Positions 5,289-7,609 of a stretch of DNA of 7,609 nucleotides are shown in pieces. The position numbers and the translations under genes are program-made. Every line of letters begins with the position of its first letter. Positions within the stretch are counted from its first letter, which is position 1. This DNA comes from a virus (lineage: Duplodnaviria; Heunggongvirae; Uroviricota; Caudoviricetes), in IMG/VR virus record IMGVR_UViG_2693429748_000010, one strand, 5' to 3'. The notes beneath the pieces were generated by a model, which had not been told where the DNA came from, made no database searches, and saw only the letters and a program-made list of their open reading frames with translations.

Positions 5289-5975
5289 TCACTCCTTCTC
5301 TTCTTTACCGTAGTGGAGTTGACCAATTTTGATAAGAGGGCGTCCCTGAGATTTGCGGTGTAGATTGGTATCGCGCAGAGAATACACACAGCCACAATAT
5401 TCCTGCTGATAGAATTTTTCGCGCTTGCTGATTTCAATCATACGGGACGAGCCGCCCTGCTTGCGCCAGTTATAATCCCAGTACACCATGCCCGGATAAT
5501 GCGCGACGGCTCGCCGCCCACAGTCGTTAACCTGCTGCATATTTTTCCAGCGTGAAATGCCCAGTGAACTGCTGATCACACTGAAACCATTTTCAGCGGC
5601 GTACAGCGCTGTCCGCTCAAAACGCATGTCAAAACACATGGTGCAACGGATCCCTCGTTCGGGCTCCCATTCCATTCCTTTGGCTCGTTCAAACCAGTTG
5701 TCTGTGTCGTAATCAGCATCAATAAACGGCACGCCGTGTTGTTCAGCAAAGCGAATATTCTCATCCTTACGAATTAAATACTCTTTCTGAGGATGAATGT
5801 TCGGGTTGTAGAAAAAGATGGTGTAGTCGATTCCCGAGGCCTGAAGCGCCTCCATCACCTCACCGGAACATGGAGCACAGCAAGAGTGCAGTAGTAGTTT
5901 GTTTGCCCCGTTTGGGAGCTCCAATTTGGGCCGTTTGAAATCAGCAACTGTCATAAATATGTTTATTGGGGTCAT
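5289..5975 (-). CDS. queH: QueH-like (DUF208) putative epoxyqueuosine reductase
   Basis: 228 aa with [10 protein letters not shown] near the N-terminus plus [18 protein letters not shown] and [11 protein letters not shown], which match the conserved Cys-containing motifs I associate with DUF208/QueH. No clear Shine-Dalgarno at either candidate ATG (5975 or 5954). Confidence 0.55.
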   Translation of the reverse strand: MTPINIFMTVADFKRPKLELPNGANKLLLHSCCAPCSGEVMEALQASGIDYTIFFYNPNIHPQKEYLIRKDENIRFAEQHGVPFIDADYDTDNWFERAKGMEWEPERGIRCTMCFDMRFERTALYAAENGFSVISSSLGISRWKNMQQVNDCGRRAVAHYPGMVYWDYNWRKQGGSSRMIEISKREKFYQQEYCGCVYSLRDTNLHRKSQGRPLIKIGQLHYGKEEKE

Positions 5976-6034
5976 AAAAATATCAAAGAGTGTAGCATTA
6001 GAACGGGGCTATCGGAAACAGATGTGTGACTGCT

Positions 6035-6082
6035 CCCCGCCCGGTCACTCTTACTTCCTGGATTCGTAGTCTACGAAGACAG
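6035..6082 (-). pseudogene. 3' fragment of a hok-B-type gene (last ~9 codons, stop and start of 3' UTR)
   Basis: Matches 4887..4934 of locus B almost exactly; bounded by N at 6083 on one side and divergent sequence leading to the QueH-like gene on the other. Confidence 0.5.
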
Positions 6083-6137
6083 NTTTTGATTCTATTCCGG
6101 CACCATCTAAAACTTCAAACGCGTTGAAAATAAAAAC

Positions 6138-6156
6138 AAAAACCCGCCGAAGCGGG
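6138..6156 (-). terminator. Rho-independent terminator of hok locus C
   Basis: Minus-strand CCCGC-TTCG-GCGGG followed by TTTTTGTTTTTATTTTC. Confidence 0.6.
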
Positions 6157-6226
6157 TTAAGTGTGGGTGCATTGAGGATGCCTGACCCATCAGAGGTGGC
6201 GAGGGATTTCTCCCCCGCCTGGTCTC

Positions 6227-6382
6227 TTACTCCTCAGGTTCGTAAGCTGTGAAGACAGCGACCTCCGTCTGGCCGGTTCGAATTCGTACCTCGCAGAGGT
6301 CTTTCCTCGTTACCAGTGCCGTCACTATGACGGTTAAACAGATGACGATCAGGGCGATTAACATCGCCTTTTGCTGCTTCAT
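6227..6382 (-). CDS. hokD: Hok-family type I toxin, HokD-like (51 aa)
   Basis: MKQQKAMLIALIVICLTVIVTALVTRKDLCEVRIRTGQTEVAVFTAYEPEE matches E. coli HokD (RelF) as I recall it. Same Shine-Dalgarno and leader as locus B. Confidence 0.8.
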   Translation of the reverse strand: MKQQKAMLIALIVICLTVIVTALVTRKDLCEVRIRTGQTEVAVFTAYEPEE

Positions 6383-6444
6383 AGCCTGCTTCTCCTTGCC
6401 TTTCGGCACGTAAGAGGCTAACCTAGATTTGCCGTTCATAGATT

Positions 6445-6604
6445 GAGCCTCAGATTAATGTTAAGCGTCTTGCCGGACGCGTAATGTTAACTGGGGCTTT
6501 TCTCTATCTGCCTTTTGGTGTTCATGCCTGAAGCAGATAGCCTCAAGCACCCGCAGTCATTCTACTTACCTCGCCAATATGAAATCAATCAGAAAGGTGC
6601 CCCA
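6445..6604. repeat. hok leader/promoter repeat, copy C
   Basis: Near-identical to 5119..5283. Confidence 0.8.
6559..6588 (-). promoter_or_regulatory. Candidate promoter of hok locus C (TTGATT-N18-TAGAAT)
   Basis: Identical to the locus B promoter element. Confidence 0.4.
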
Positions 6605-6625
6605 NNNNNNNNNNNNNNNNNNNNN
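6605..6625. other. Assembly gap (21 N) inside the hok-leader repeat array
   Basis: Run of N flanked on both sides by copies of the same hok leader sequence. Confidence 0.95.
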
Positions 6626-6748
6626 GAAATTGGCCTCAGATTAATGTTAAGCGTCTTGCCGGACGCGTAATGTTAACTGGGGCTTTTCTCTATCTGCCTT
6701 TTGGTGTTCATGCCTGAGACAGATAGCCTCAAGCACCCGCTGCAATTC
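6626..6748. repeat. hok leader repeat, third diverged partial copy with different -35 region
   Basis: Matches the leader through the TAGAAT -10, then diverges (TTGCGG-N16-TAGAAT instead of TTGATT-N18-TAGAAT). Several point differences, so not a simple assembly duplicate. Confidence 0.6.
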
Positions 6749-6779
6749 TACTTAACTCTCCTTTTCCCGCAAACCGTTT

Positions 6780-6863
6780 TTATCCCCAGCGGCAAATCGA
6801 ATACACCACCAGCGCCACCGCCATCGCAATTCCTACCGTTGTTAATGCTTCAGGCCAGGTCAT
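6780..6863 (-). CDS. Candidate 27 aa hydrophobic peptide ([27 protein letters not shown])
   Basis: True ATG at 6863 overlapping the stop of the 114 aa gene (ATGA). One predicted membrane span with a basic C-terminal end. Too short to be in the ORF track. GGAGG lies about 10 nt upstream. Confidence 0.3.
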   Translation of the reverse strand: MTWPEALTTVGIAMAVALVVYSICRWG

Positions 6864-7204
6864 CGTAAAATATCCTCCACGCTTATCAGTCCGTTCCGCT
6901 CCAGATAACTCATCGCCTTATCCGGTAATTTGCAGTCTGGCTTCGCTTTTCTCAGTTGCCAGGTTAACTGCTTTACCAGCATGGTTAACTCATCGACCAG
7001 ACGCTGATATCCCACTGGTTTGTATTCATGCAATTTACCGGCTGGCTCTGCTGCCAGCGATACCAGTGCGATTTCCAGAACAGCAATATCCATCTTATAT
7101 GTGCGGATGATGTCATGGTCGATTGTGCCCGGTATGCACAGTCTCTGTGCTTCAATAGTCTCCTCTGCGTGAGCTATTAACTGCTCTCTGGTAAAAGTCG
7201 TCAT
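6860..7204 (-). CDS. Hypothetical 114 aa protein
   Basis: True ATG at 7204 overlapping the stop of the upstream 55 aa ORF (ATGA). Shares MTTxT(K/R)E start and an A-L-x-S-L-x-A-E-P motif with that ORF. Confidence 0.55.
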   Translation of the reverse strand: MTTFTREQLIAHAEETIEAQRLCIPGTIDHDIIRTYKMDIAVLEIALVSLAAEPAGKLHEYKPVGYQRLVDELTMLVKQLTWQLRKAKPDCKLPDKAMSYLERNGLISVEDILR

Positions 7205-7368
7205 GCCGTAGCCCCTTCTTGATATTTTTCAAACCAGAACACAACCGGCTCTGCTTCCAGCGATGCCAGCGCAATCCGTGCCAGTTCCATTTGTTCACCA
7301 CGGGTAAGCCCGTTTTCAAGCGGGTTTTTAATGAACAATTCAATACGTTCTTTGGTAATAGTGGTCAT
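7201..7368 (-). CDS. Hypothetical 55 aa protein ([55 protein letters not shown])
   Basis: Manual translation. AAGGAG Shine-Dalgarno 6 nt upstream of ATG 7368. Not in ORF track because under 60 aa. Coupled to the 114 aa gene. Confidence 0.4.
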   Translation of the reverse strand: MTTITKERIELFIKNPLENGLTRGEQMELARIALASLEAEPVVFWFEKYQEGATA

Positions 7369-7378
7369 GTGTTACTCC

Positions 7379-7609
7379 TTAACCCGCAGTGCTTTCAACT
7401 GATGAGGGGAACAAAATCTTTTCATCAAACCCTGCATTCATATCATGAACAGCAACACACCAATCCATCGACGAACGATTATCAAGAGCCTCCATGATTT
7501 CATCCATGCGGCGTAGGTCATACAGGTAAATGCTTTTATCGCCAATGGTGTAAAAGCCAATTTTTTTCGGTGATGGATGAGGTGTACTGGCAATAGCGGA
7601 CACTACCAT
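7379..7609 (-). CDS. Hypothetical protein, probably partial (N-terminus may lie beyond window end)
   Basis: Open frame to the window edge, stop TAA at 7381..7379, 10 nt upstream of the 55 aa start. The ATG at 7609 may or may not be the true start. Confidence 0.4.
   Translation of the reverse strand: MVVSAIASTPHPSPKKIGFYTIGDKSIYLYDLRRMDEIMEALDNRSSMDWCVAVHDMNAGFDEKILFPSSVESTAG

Noticed and set aside
5576-5764. 62 aa minus-strand ORF inside the QueH-like gene
   Set aside because: Alternative frame nested in a longer ORF that has recognisable motifs.
4786-6750. CRISPR array
   Set aside because: The repeats are 120-170 bp units containing promoters and coding sequence, not short regularly spaced direct repeats with unique spacers.
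7152-7343. 63 aa minus-strand ORF and 92 aa plus-strand ORF at 7219..7497
   Set aside because: Both overlap the coupled 55 aa / 114 aa genes in other frames; the 63 aa translation is Arg/Lys/Trp-rich and atypical.

Overview
Every supported gene in this 7.6 kb window is on the minus strand, and the content is the regulatory (nin/Q) region of a lambdoid enterobacterial prophage, apparently mosaic or tandem. Reading in the direction of transcription (high to low coordinates): a tightly coupled operon of small unknown proteins (7609->6780: partial ORF, 55 aa, 114 aa, 27 aa hydrophobic peptide); an array of hok-type type I toxin loci (two intact Hok genes, one leader-only copy cut by a 21-N gap, one 3' fragment) flanking a QueH-like (DUF208) gene; nin/Q module 1 (promoter, leader peptide, 95 aa, 200 aa, YbcO-like, Q82-like antiterminator, tR'-like terminator, tRNA with CAU anticodon, terminator); and nin/Q module 2 (promoter, leader peptide, 86 aa, 92 aa, DUF968, RusA, lambda/P22-type Q running off the window start). 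Both modules open with the same ~430 bp repeat. Most gene junctions are stop/start overlaps (ATGA or TAATG). Three ambiguity sites (N at 2629 and 6083, N-run 6605..6625) sit at repeat boundaries, so copy number and junctions in the hok region may be partly assembly artefacts. All family assignments are from reading motifs by eye and from memory of reference sequences; no searches were run. Plus-strand ORFs in the track look like shadow frames.
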